64,000 nt of DNA from Schmidtea polychroa (lineage: Eukaryota). Below are positions 1 through 12,400 of this stretch, one piece after another (the first letter of the stretch is position 1; every line of letters starts with the position of its first letter). Made by a program: the position numbers and the translations under genes. The notes beneath the pieces are model-generated. The model had not been told where the DNA came from. It saw only the letters and a program-made list of their open reading frames with translations, and did not search any database. The stretch spans positions 25,112,001-25,176,000 of the forward strand of contig CM097885.1 of NCBI GenBank assembly GCA_044892525.1. The letters run 5' to 3'.

Positions 1-729
1 AATTGTTTATTTGTGGTTTGAAAATGCATGAGTTCTCCTAGGAGTCAGTTCATAGTTCGGCTTAGAGTCATGACGGGGAATAACATAAACCAAAAGAAGT
101 AAATTTGAACAAGACAAAGACATTAATATATAACATAATTTAATTTTTCAACGCCTGAATCATGAAAATGTTAGAGTGATTATTTCTTTAAAAAATTGAG
201 AATATCAATTCCCCAAGTTGTTTAAAACCAAATACCGCTTTTCTTCCAGAAATTTACTATTTTTGAGGTATTTTAATTGTGCATTTTTGGAAAAAAATTT
301 AATTCATATTATTTTAAAATAAAATCATAAATAAAAATATGCAGAATTTAAAGTATTTCAATATGAAATTTAAGATAATAAATTTGATGAGATTATTAAT
401 TTTCTACTATTAAATTTAACTTAAATTGTTTTACCTAGCTTCAAAATTAAATTTTGAATAATTTCATGCTCATTATATTTTGATATACTATTTAATAATT
501 ATTTGAAATTTAAAATAATTTGTTTAATTTTAGTTACATGAATCCACATTTTTTGGTTGGATTATTTGTCATTCGAATAAATTATCAAAAATTAAGAAAA
601 CTGAATTTATTTTTATAAAAAGAAATCAAGAATTTACTTGTTTATTAAAATTTGTGAAAAATACAGCATCTTAAAAGTTGATCTAATATTCGATAAATTT
701 GCAATTCTACTGGAATATTTAATTTTAAT

Positions 730-2274
730 GAACACGACACATGAAACGGATTTATTTGAGTTTTTTCATTGTTTTATACCTTTAATAAATTCTCATTCAA
801 ACGATTTTATCATAAATGACTTATGGAACAATTTTTTGCCAGAAAAAATTCGTCATTTAATTGATTCAATTGATAATCCTAATTACATATTAGATCAATA
901 TATAAAATGTTGTAACAGAGTTCCTGTGTACAATAATTTAATTGTAAATACTAATTGCAATTGGTCTTCGTTAATTGATACTAAAGAAAAAACAATTGAT
1001 AGAAATATACGGCCTAATTGGGAAATAGTTTCCAATGACCTTGATGCTTTTATTCAAAACTGTGCCAATTTTTCTTCATTCAAGACATTTATTAATGAAA
1101 AAGAGAATTTTTTTGATGACATTTTTATTGATTATGGAATGAATGAAAAGAAATCATATGAAGTTGAGAAAATGAGCTGTCTTTGTCGCAGTATTTGTAA
1201 AAAACATAATATTGATAATGTGGTAGATGTTGGTAGTGGAAAAGGATATTTAGGTTCAGATTTGTCAATATCAAATGGGCTAAATGTGATAGAATTAGAT
1301 TCAAGAGAGTCAAATAAAGCAGGCGCTCTGAGTAGACGTAAGAGATTTATATTGCAAGTTCCAAGTAAAAAAAGAAAATTAAATGCTACTGAAAATCTCA
1401 AAATGGGAAGTTGTAGAAGTATTGCTCGTAATATCACATCAACTGATACAATTAGCAAAATTTTATTAGAAGAAGGATTTTCGAATACCGAATATTTGAT
1501 GACCGGTTTACACAGTTGTGGTGGATTGTCATCCACGATGTTGAGGAATTTTGTTAATTGCAAGGATGCCAAAGCAATTGTTCTTGTTGGATGTTGTTAT
1601 CATTTATTGAACGAGAAATTCGTCAATAACTTTCCGAATGATCAATTTGAGATGTCAGATTTTCCGTTGAGTAACAAATTTCAAAAATCGGGTATTGTTT
1701 TGGGTAGAAACGCAAAAACATTCTCCAGTCAGACTGTGAAAAGAGTCCTGCGCGACGGAAACTTGCATCCAACAATGTTTCATAGGATACTTCTCCAGAA
1801 ATTATTGCATGATAAATTAGGCTACGTTTCTGATAACTTGATAGTTGGTAAAATCGGTAAACAGATAAAAGATGAAAATAATTTCGAAGAATATGTTCGA
1901 ATATCTTGTCGAAAATTAGGATTTGTTGATTTGATAGAAAATGTAATTGTTTTATTTAATCATATTAACTACTTATTAATTTAATCAGTAATACTAAATT
2001 TTTAAGATTAATTTATTATTTTATCAATTGAACATTTTGATAATTCCAGATGACAAGTGAAGAAATTAAGGAATATGAAATCAAATATTCCGATTTAAAG
2101 TTTCGATTTACAAATTTCTTTTATCTGAAATGCTGTATGTCAGCAATTGTTGAAAATCTGATAATTTGGGATCGATTGATTTATTTAGTAGAGAATGGAA
2201 TCGATGCTCAAGTTTTGGAATTATTCGATGAATTGAGGTCTCCACGGAGATACGCAATAGTGGCAATTAAATGA
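730..2274 (+). CDS. METTL25: METTL25-like methyltransferase; exons ~730-1942 and 2050-2274 (5' end uncertain)
   Basis: Motifs MNEKKSYEV, VVDVGSGKGYL, GLHSCGGLS, VGCCYHLL and C-terminal SPRRYAIVAIK. Phase-0 intron 1943 (GTAATT) to 2049 (TTCCAG). AATAAA overlaps the stop. Confidence 0.85.
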
Positions 2275-3065
2275 ATAAATTTGACTTATTGATTATATTA
2301 TATATATATATATAGATATTTTTTATTGATAGTTATTTTATAAATATTTCATAATTTATTTTATTAAATTTGCTCGAATTCTTGATAAACTGTATGAGAT
2401 TTTATATGGCCTATTATATAGGAATTTTTTAAACGCATTTTTGCTCTCACATCTTAATCATATCAAGAGGCATTTAATACCCCTAATCGGATTTAAATTT
2501 ACGTATAAGTTATTAGTACTACAAATTAAAGTTTTTACTAATTATTGTTTTGCTTTCACAGACAAATTCGGTAAAAAAGTTGTCAACAGAAAAAGTATGT
2601 AAATTTTATTTAAACTTTTGAGTAACATTAAATTTGATTCTTATTTCAGTGTGCACTCTGCCAGGAGTCTTTATTGGATGCAGCATATGAAAAATTTCCC
2701 CCATTTAAAAATATTCATATATCCGTACTCCTCAGCTGGGAAGAAAAAAATTAAAGAATTTCAAACATGCTACTTATGTCGAGTTTTCGAGGACGAATGG
2801 AATGTCAAACATTACATTAAAATAGATCACTTATGCACAATATATAATTTTATATTTATTCAAAATTAAACAACAGTTGCATAGAATACAGAAAAAATAT
2901 GCAAATGATAAATATACTAGGTTTAACCCGTGAAAAATCACGAGGCGAAACAGAGATAACTCACATAAAGATAAAAGACAATTTTAATTTAAATAATCGC
3001 AAAAAAAATATTAAAAATATGCGTACGGACAGTGTACTCAAAAATGTATTTTGAAAGTTAGTAAC

Positions 3066-6000
3066 CATGGGCGTCCGCAGGGTGGGGGGCAAAAATATTT
3101 TTTTTACCAATTAGACAAATTTTCTATGGGCAAGAGTTGAAAAAAAATGCATGTGTATAATAAATATTTGGGGCATTATACAAAATAGAACACTTTAAAA
3201 CCAGAACGTCAGTTAATATTGAAAGTTTTTATACAAATAAGATGATTTGAAATCATTGATATTGTTGGCGTATGTGGGGAAAAAAGAAAGTATACATACA
3301 TAGTTATCATACACGTCAAGCATCATGATTCCGCTCAGACCATTCCCGCACACACTCCAGATGATCATTCACAAATTCCCACGTATGAGCCCGTGGTGAT
3401 GTTCCACGTTGGTGCTGCTCACACGGGTTGGAAAAAGTTAGCAGGTGAGCCCCTGTCTTAGGACTACTCCTAACCCTTTCTCGGTTCGGGTTCCATGGCG
3501 CCCTAGAAGGTCTTACCCGGTTCTTCGCACAAAAATTCAGTCCGACCCTGGTCCAAGGGGACGACATTTAAGCCTCTACTACACTTTCAGGATCCTGCTC
3601 TTCCGCAATTCAACCATGGCAATTCATACATTCAATTAGCACAATCAAAGAAAATAGAACAATTGTATTATATCGAAACATTAAGATACATCCATCATTA
3701 CGTAAATAAATATAAAACAGTAAAGATAATAAATATAAATAAATATAAATGTAAATAAATATAAAACAAGATAACGTCAATTTTTCAAGTTTATTTGTAA
3801 TAGCAGAGTATTGAGACCCGAGAAGAAGTTTGCTACGAGAATGCTTCTCCTTCTGCAAGCATCTCGTCGATGTCAACCGGCAATCGTTGGTTGGAAATGT
3901 ATTTAATGCCTTCTGCCAGAACAATGCGAAAGATTTCCTTTGTGGGAATTGAGTGACTAGACGATATCTCTTTTATGGTGGATTTGGCTGCAGATAGTGA
4001 CGCTTCGAGTGCAGCCATTGCATCTCGGCGTTTCTGATTTTTCTCGGCTCGGGTTGGCCGTTTTCGTTTGCGAGATGGCGGAGGGTTGTCCGTGTTCGAG
4101 GTGACGACGGGAGCCACTAGGATTGGAGCTAAGATGGGATCAGTAGGTCCACCCACCAAAGGTTGATAACGAGATAATGTTGGAGCCGGGACGGGTGGTA
4201 GATATGAACCATGTCCTTGGCAGTTTGTGGTGGTCGATTGAGATACCTGATGATGAAGTGGGAAGACGTTGGTATTCTCCAAGACGGGGAATTCCCGTAC
4301 CCGCTTGGCCAGTTCCGCCTCCGTATAAACCTTGTGGAGGGCTTCGGACTGGGCTTTAATAGTCAATCGTTGATTTCGGCTCTCCTCTAGGAGGCTATCT
4401 CTGCAGTGTTCTAGTCGGAGAATCTTACTCCGCTCCTCCTTCATTTGTGGCGGGGAGAACCACGTACCCTCATAGAGATCGATTCTCTTCTTCAATGCCC
4501 CGATGTATAGGTGAAGTTGTGCTATGTCGGCATTTTTATCCGCACACGAGAAGCACGGTCGAAGTTCCTTAGTGTTACTGGAAGATGTCGTCATTCTAGA
4601 AAATCAATCAGTTTTATATCGAGTCAGGACATTTATTTTCGAATGATATAGTCGAGTTTAGGACACAAGCTGGCCATCTTATCTATCATCTCACCCAATG
4701 ACAACCCACAGATCTCGTCATCCGTTCTCATTCACTGGCATTCCACTACAAACATTCAAATTCACTCATACAATCGTTTACGAAAAAGGGAACGGGAATT
4801 TGATTAAGAAACGCCTCTGATCTAGGTCCACTTCCTTATCATATCGTTATTCTCTAGTTTTCTCATTACTGTCTCAGCTTTCTGTCGATGTAATTATACC
4901 TAATGACTTTAAAACGAGACCAAAATCCCCGACAACTTATGGCCAATTATATGTTAATCTACGCTAGGGGAATTATAATAAGAAAATTTAGTTAGAAAAC
5001 TGAATATTAAATTAAAATTTCCAGTGATTTAAATTATACGCGGAATTCGTCGTCATGGAGACATTTATTTAGTTGTACATTCTGATTGGATAGCTAGAGG
5101 TGTCAATCTTCCGATCGCAATTATAATTGTGCATTAGCTGTTATTTTTCGAGCAACTGTCTGTATTATTGGAAAAGATTATTGCTTGTCTAGTAAGTTGG
5201 AGAAAAAATTCCAATTCCTCACCCTCGTCTATTGAAAATTTATTTCTGAAGAAAATCCATGTACTCACGTGATCATTACATCACCAGCATTTCCTACCAA
5301 GCAGTAGATTCATTTGTACACCGCATTACGTGGGAGTGACAGAAGTGTGTGTATGTACTATGACAGAATAGAATGGATTACATAATCGGCTTTCCGACAA
5401 GAAGCAGTAAACAAATTGAGAATCCGATTTATCAGCGCAAGCAACCGACGATGTAGCAGAGTGCGGAGTAAGTTGACTTTGTTATCAAATTTCATTTCAT
5501 GATGTTGACTCAGGATAATGATTATTAGCTGGTTCACTCGACTATTCCTACTCACAGAGCGATATATCATCAATTTAATTTTAACATTATCAGATAACCC
5601 TGTTGGCTGACGGTAAACTGGCTATTGCAGATCAATTGAATACGGTTATCGTTGACGATAATTTCCCTCGACCTCATAGTAAGTATTCCTAAATTTTTAT
5701 CGTACCGTGTTTACCTACCCGTCAAAGAGAGATTATTCCTCGCTGGTGTCTGTGGCTCAAGGACAGAAATTCGACATTCAAGAGTACGTCGATGGTGGAT
5801 GTAACTGCTAACAACCGGGTGACAGATTCAAAAGAAAAGAAAATCGAATTCCGCAGAAGGTGAAGACATTATACAATATCTCTGACTGATTCGTGAAATG
5901 GTGATGGTAATGCCTCCGAAAAATGCTTTAACGACGACCTGACTGTCATGAGGATCCTCTTTGCCTGCGTGGATTACTATTAGCTCAATGTCAATATCAA

Positions 6001-7623
6001 ATGTCTATCTCTATCTAAATTCTTGGCCATTTCTAAAATTCGTTGACACAGATTTTTTTTGGAATTTTCGCCATAAGAATGGAACTAATCGCAGAACGAT
6101 CGCACTCGGTGGAAATGATTTTACTCCGCAAACGCATCTCAACTACTAAGTCTCTTCACCCCTCATGACACACCCAAGAAGGCATTCATTTCTGCCGCCA
6201 TTCTTGCACCGTCATGAGGGACCAATCGACTCATTCAACTTCAACATCTTTAGCATCATGTATGATTATAAAGCAATAAAATCATGAACAAATAAATAAA
6301 TATAAAAATTCTTACCCGGCAACCATATCATCTGGCATCCAAGTATGATGTCTCCTCTTTCTCAAGCTGCGTACTCAATCATCACTTTTATAACCATCTC
6401 ATCAATTATGCTCATATTCTCCAAAGGTCTAAAAAATCTTCAACATTGCCTAGATACATTCTAAAAAATTTCCTCGTGACATATCTCTGCTGACCACATC
6501 ATACTCGGATCTTCCAGAGGATACAGCTGCCGGCACCATGAAGAAAAGGCCATTGTCATTTAAATAAAATTTATTCTATGAAATGAGCTTTGTTTTTTCA
6601 TTTTAACCATCAAATTAACAAACATAAATAATTAATAAACCAAAATAAGTCACCATACCTAGAGCTTCGAAAAATTGGAACGAATTGAATTTAAAACTGA
6701 TTTCGTAATAAACTGGTCACTAGTCCTGTAAATGTAAGTTCTGGAATCTCTGAAGTAATGCTTGTAAGTATGGTTCTGTGGAATATCTGTGATCTGTAAT
6801 CTGTAATCTGTAATCGTGAAAAATCAAAGTGGGTGAACTTCTTCTTAAAAATTTTACCTGTAATCGTGAAAAATCAAAGTGGGTGTCTTCTAATTTTTCA
6901 CGTTACATATATAGTATTTTTCGTCCAATCAGGACGCAGCTTGTTTGTGATTTTCTATTTATTATTATTTTTTTATGTTTTTATTATAATGTATTGGGTT
7001 TTAATAACTTAACTTATTTCTTATTATTATTTTATTTATTTTTCTTATTTTTCTTATTTTTCTCTTATTTTCTGCGGACTTATTGTTATTTGAATGTAAT
7101 ATAATTTTTTGTTTTAATTAAACTTAGAAATGGTTTTATTTTTTATTTATTTCTTTAATTTTCCCGTTTATTTGTTTCACTTTTTTGTTCATTCTATTTT
7201 TATTTCATCCGCTGTGTGTCTTAAATCGTTTTATTTCTAAATCTTAGGGGTTTATTAGGTTTTATTTAATTAGGTTACTTATTCTTATTCTTTTGTTAGT
7301 ATTTTACTGTTCCTTCCTATTTACTAATGAGATATGATGGTAATTTATATATTTCTTATTTTCATTTATTTTTCGAGGTTTACCTTTCTATTCGTTCCAG
7401 TTTTCTCCGCTCTGAAATTTAGCCCAACAATATTCAGATATAGTTAATAACATTAAAAAAACAGGAAGCCTCTTAAAATTAATTTTTTTTTGTCTTGGGT
7501 TTTTCCAACATTGTTTGAGCGCATCTATTAAAATGTGTTTAAATTAACCGAAAAATAGAATTGTTTTTCGGAAATTCAGGGGGGGGGCAAATGCCCTAAC
7601 TTGCCCCCTTGCGGACGCCCATG
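3066..7623. mobile_element. Non-autonomous hAT-type TIR element carrying GC-richer cargo
   Basis: TIRs CATGGGCGTCCGCA / TGCGGACGCCCATG; imperfect 8-bp TSD TTAGTAAC / ATTGTAAC; no transposase recognised inside. Confidence 0.75.
3833..4594 (-). CDS. Uncharacterised 253-aa ORF (CxxC, coiled coil, Pro-rich, RKRKR) in element cargo
   Basis: Uninterrupted ATG-started ORF in a GC-elevated segment; no family recognised. Confidence 0.45.
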   Translation of the reverse strand: MTTSSSNTKELRPCFSCADKNADIAQLHLYIGALKKRIDLYEGTWFSPPQMKEERSKILRLEHCRDSLLEESRNQRLTIKAQSEALHKVYTEAELAKRVREFPVLENTNVFPLHHQVSQSTTTNCQGHGSYLPPVPAPTLSRYQPLVGGPTDPILAPILVAPVVTSNTDNPPPSRKRKRPTRAEKNQKRRDAMAALEASLSAAKSTIKEISSSHSIPTKEIFRIVLAEGIKYISNQRLPVDIDEMLAEGEAFS

Positions 7624-7794
7624 ATTGTAACAGTTCTTTAATTACAATATTTTGAGTAAAATACCTAGCAAAATCACAATGTTACACATCACAGACATTC
7701 ATACATACATACGCTAGCTAATTATTATAAGTAGATTTGCGGAATTATAATATATCATTTAAAATTAGCGCATAAAACGTGATCCAAACTTTAA

Positions 7795-8080
7795 CCCTCT
7801 AGCCTCGGGCGTTTTTTTTTCTGTATAGAATCACCGGCTTTTAAAATAGCTTTTTATAATAGTTATAAGGATTATATTAAAAGGATATAAAAAGAAAACA
7901 GAACATTTTAGAAAAAGTTGCTTTTTTATTAACTTTTAGATGACATAATGCAGGAAGCTTGATTGCCGCGTTCAACAGTTAAATGATAAAAAAGACTTTC
8001 CCGACGCTTAAATATCATCAAAATTATATAAAACGCGCTCCACGTCGAATTGTGTAGAAATGATGCCCGATGCTAAAGGG
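7795..8080. mobile_element. piggyBac-type MITE (286 bp)
   Basis: TTAA on both sides (7791-7794, 8081-8084); TIRs CCCTCTAGCCTCGGGC vs CCCTTTAGCATCGGGC (14/16). Confidence 0.8.
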
Positions 8081-8954
8081 TTAATGAAAAAAAATTGTTA
8101 TAAAATTATTTTTTTGAAGAAACAATAAGGATTTTATTACATCGTTGCAACTTGGATGATCATGATTAGTTGTTGTTTGAAAACTATAAATTTTTGTCGA
8201 ATTTAAATTCATTTGAAATACCTTAATTACTTGAAGCAAATTCTAGATAATATAAAATTTCATTGATCAACACAATTGATTGCTAATTTAGAACGACATA
8301 AATAATTCAATATTACAATAACGATTATCGTGTGTTTATTGCAACCCATTTGCAATATAACTTGAAATTCATGACCACTTAACTACTGCTTCTGGTTTTG
8401 TCAATAGGTATGATCGATCTAGTTGCTTTCTTGACTTTGACTTGAAGTTAGACGATACTCAAGATTACTAACTTTCAGGCCAGGCGACCTAGGCCATAGC
8501 CTAGGGCGCCAAAATTTATTATAAACAATCAAAGTAAATTATAAAATAAGCCTCCAAAACTTTATATTTTGAAATTTATCTATGAAACCAACCGTTTTAA
8601 AAAAAATTGAAAATAAGAAAAAACAAAAAAAAGTACATGCAAAATATACGAATTTCCAATTCTGAGAAATTCTGATATGTATTGAAAATTGAAATAAAAA
8701 AAAATTATATGTATGTATTACAAAAACTGATGTGCGAGTTAAATTAACAGCTATAGCTACCAGTTTTTTTTTAACAATTTTTTTGTTTCAAGTGTGTAAC
8801 TAATGTGTTGTTGCAGTTTGTTCAAATTAAATTTGTATTCCTATTCTGTTTTAAAAATATAAATATATAAGAGGTAAGGTAAGATTAAGATCATTTTTTA
8901 AAAATATATTGGAAAATATATAATATATTTATATAAATTTATGCCATAGCTAAG

Positions 8955-10154
8955 ATGCCACCAAAAAAATTGAGTGGGTATGAATATCGGAAACGAAAAA
9001 TAAATAGACAACAACAAGCTGATAAGCACGATAAAATATTGAAATATTTTAATTCCAGTAAATCAGTAGCCGATGATAATCAACATTTCGAGTCAACATC
9101 TTCAAGCTCAGAGGACGATATAGGTAATGTGTCATCAGAAGCTGAAAATTGTAATATTATCAATAGGGATAATTTAACGTCTTCTCACGGAACTGAAATA
9201 ATTGTTCCTAGTGATTCAACTCATTCTGTATTTGAAAATATTTTAAATTATAATGATATTGGGCTATGGCCACAAAATTTAAAACATACGGAAATTGACA
9301 ATATAGTTGTAACTGACTTATATGGAAACGAAGAAAGGTGTAATCAACAACATATTTATCCAAGAGATGAAAATAATCGAAGCTTTTCCAATTCGCTTTT
9401 TTATCGTCAAATAAGTAATGGTGAAAAATTCCTAAGAAAATGGTTGCACTATTCAGAATCCAAAAATTCTGTATTTTGTTTTTTTTGCAAACTTTTTGAT
9501 CCATCAGGTAGGTCAAATCTAGCCAAATCTGGTTTATCGGATTGGAAAAATATTCACGACAGCTTGAAAATGCACGAACGGTCAGTTTCACATTTAAAAT
9601 GTGAAAAAAACTGGATAAAAACTCGATTAAGATTAAAAGGCAATAAAACTATTGATAAGAATTTGCAGTCTTTGATAGTCCAAGAAAAATATAATTGGAA
9701 AAAGGTACTAGAAAGATTAATAAACATTAGAAATTAGAAACGCATTAAATGAGTTGCAAGACACAATATTAGACGCTGCAGTTGTTTCAGAAGCTAGCTC
9801 TTTATCTGAAAAAATAGAAGATTTCGAGTTTTTGTTAACATTATCTGTCTGGTACGTACTTTTGTCAAAATTTAATATTGTCAGCAAATCCATGCAAAAG
9901 CTACATTTGATATGAGTAACGCCATCGAGCTTCTTCGGAATTATAAGATTTTTCTAGAAAATTATAGAGACTCCGGTTTTTCTGATGCTTTAAAATCGGC
10001 CAAAGATCTCGCCGCGCTATTAAACGTGAACGCACAATTTAAGGCTGTAAGAATCAGAAGGCGACAAAAACAATTTAGTTATGAGTGTGACGATGAAACT
10101 CCAGATGTAAATGACCCAGAAAAATATAATAAAAATCATGTTTTTAATGTTATG
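8955..10154 (+). pseudogene. hAT transposase 5' part (TTF-type zinc finger); catalytic core deleted near 9730; frameshifted
   Basis: RKWLHYSESKNSVFCFFCKLF...HERSVSH; sequence jumps from KKVLERLINI to the late FEFLLTLSVWY...IVSKSMQ region. Confidence 0.85.
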
Positions 10155-12400
10155 AGTAGGTAGTTAGTAGCTCCCTGCCGCAATTACCCTCCCCCGGGGG
10201 GGGTCTGCGGCAACTTTTGATTACGCAATTTTTCAGACTATAGTGAGGGGGTCTCGATGGTCCTGGGATTTTCAATACAAAAAATTTTTTTCAATACAAA
10301 AACGATGGTCCTGGGATTTTCAATACAAAAAAATTTTTCAATACAAAAAGCTGGTCTCAATAAAAAAGCATGGAATTTTCACACTATAGTGAGGTGGGTC
10401 TCGATGGTCCTGGGAATTTCAATACAAAAATCCGACTACCACTAAAAAGTATGGAATTTTTCACACTATAGTGAGGTGGGTCTCCTTGGTCCTGAGAACT
10501 TCAATAGAAAAAGGTGGTCTACACTAAAAAAGCCAAGGATTTTTCAGACTATAGTGAGGTGGGTCTCCTTGGTCCTGAGAATTTCAATAGAAAAAGGCGG
10601 TCTTCAATAAAAAAGCATGGATTATTCTGACTATAGTGAGGGGGTCTCCTTGGTCCTGGGATTTTCAATAGAAAAGGCAGTCTTCAATAAAAAAGCATGG
10701 TAATTTAAGGTCTCAGGATTTTTTCAATACAAAAAGGCGGTCTTCAATAAAAAAGCATGGTAATTTAAGGTCTCAGGATATTTTCAATACAAAAATCCGA
10801 CTATCAATAAAAAAGCATGGATTTTTCGAATTAAATTAAGGTGGGTCTCCTTGGTCCTGAGAAAAAGGTGGTCTACACTAAAAAACGTGGTAAATTTTTC
10901 TATTAAAGTAAATTATGGTCAAAATTTTTGAATTACAGTAAATTATGGCTCAAATTTTTGAATTACAGTAAATAATGGTTCTTAAAAATTAAATTACAGT
11001 AAATAATGGTCCAAATTTTTAAATTAAAGTAAATTATGGTTCTAAAAATTAAATTAAAGTAAATAATGGTCCTAAAAAATTAAATTAAAGTAAATTATGG
11101 TCAAAAATTTTGAATTACAGTAAATTATGGTCCAAATTTTTCAATTACAGTAAATAATGGTTCTAAAAAATTAAATTACAGTAAATTATGGTCAAAAATT
11201 TTGAATTACAGTAAATTATGGTCAAAAATTTTGAATTACAGTAAATTATGGTTCAAATTTTTCAATTACAGTTAATTATGGTCCTAAAAAATTAAATTAC
11301 AGTAAATTATGGCTCAAATTTTTCAATTACAGTAAATTATGGTTCTTAAAAATTAAATTACAGTAAATTATGGTCCAAATTTTTCAATTACAGTAATCAA
11401 TGGTTCTAAAAAAATTAAATTACAGTAAATTATGGTCCAAATTTTAAAATTAAGTAATCAATGGTAAAAAATTTTAATAAGTAAATTAAAGTAATAATTT
11501 TTAAATAAGTAAATTAAAATAATAATTTTTAAATAAGTAATGTAATAAGTAAATTAAAGTAAGATTTTAAAATTTATTAACAAATAATAGAAGGTGTTTG
11601 AGAATTGAAATTTTTTAATGAAATTTTTTATGAAATAATTTTTAAGTAATTTTTAATAGAAATTTTAATGAATTATTTTTCAATGGTAATTTTTAATGGA
11701 AATTTTTATGAAATATTTTTCAATGATAATTTTAGATGGAAATTTTTAAGATAACTTTTAATGAAAATTTTTATGAAATATTTTTCAAAGACAAATTTTA
11801 ATAATAATTCAACAACAAACCAACAACTTAGTAGCAACAACCAGTAACTTACGAACATGTATTAACAACCAGATACCTACAACTAGTTACTAACAACCGT
11901 CAACAACCAGCTAACAACCAGTTACCTGCTACGAAGTACTTACAACAATATACCAAACGCTATCAGTTAAGTACTTACAACTAGATACCACGTACTAACT
12001 AACTCTCAAACAACCAGATACCTACAACTAGTTACTAACAACCTGATACCAACTACTTACAACCAACATCAACCAGCTACTAAGCATTATCAACCAAGTA
12101 CCTACAACCACATACCAAGTACTAACAACTAAAAAAACCTACAACCAACTAGCTACCAACTACAAAGTACTTACAACCGACAACAACCAGCTAACAACTA
12201 ACTACCACCTAACAAGTACTAACAACCGACAACAACCAGGTACTATGCATTAATTACCAACTACCAAGTACCTACAACCAACTAGGTACTAGATACCAAG
12301 TAATTACAACCAACTAGGTACCAGATAAAAAGTACTCACAACCGTCAACAACCAGCTAACAACCAGATACCTACAAATAGATACTAGCAACCAGTTACCA
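10155..12400 (+). repeat. Left TIR of outer Polinton, built of tiered minisatellites (inner boundary approximate)
   Basis: C/G palindrome, ACTATAGTGAGGGGGTCTC units, ~30-bp GTAAATTATGG units, an AT tier and AC-rich units; mirrored at ~32795-34828. Confidence 0.85.

Larger units (their letters stand above)
2917..7735 (-). mobile_element. Non-autonomous Helitron (~250 bp net) interrupted by a 4.6 kb hAT-type insert
   Basis: On the minus strand: 5' A|TCTACTTATAATAA then (GTAT)n; 3' hairpin CTCGTG-ATTTTT-CACGGG then CTAG|T. Confidence 0.7.

Noticed and set aside
1132..1572. Antisense ORFs (also 25442, 28631, 34918, 42502-43886)
   Set aside because: Shadows of real coding frames on the other strand.
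10236..10860. CTATAGTGAG matches part of the T7 promoter; regular repeats could suggest a CRISPR array
   Set aside because: Only about 10 nt match, inside a natural repeat; there are no unique spacers or cas genes, and the context is eukaryotic.
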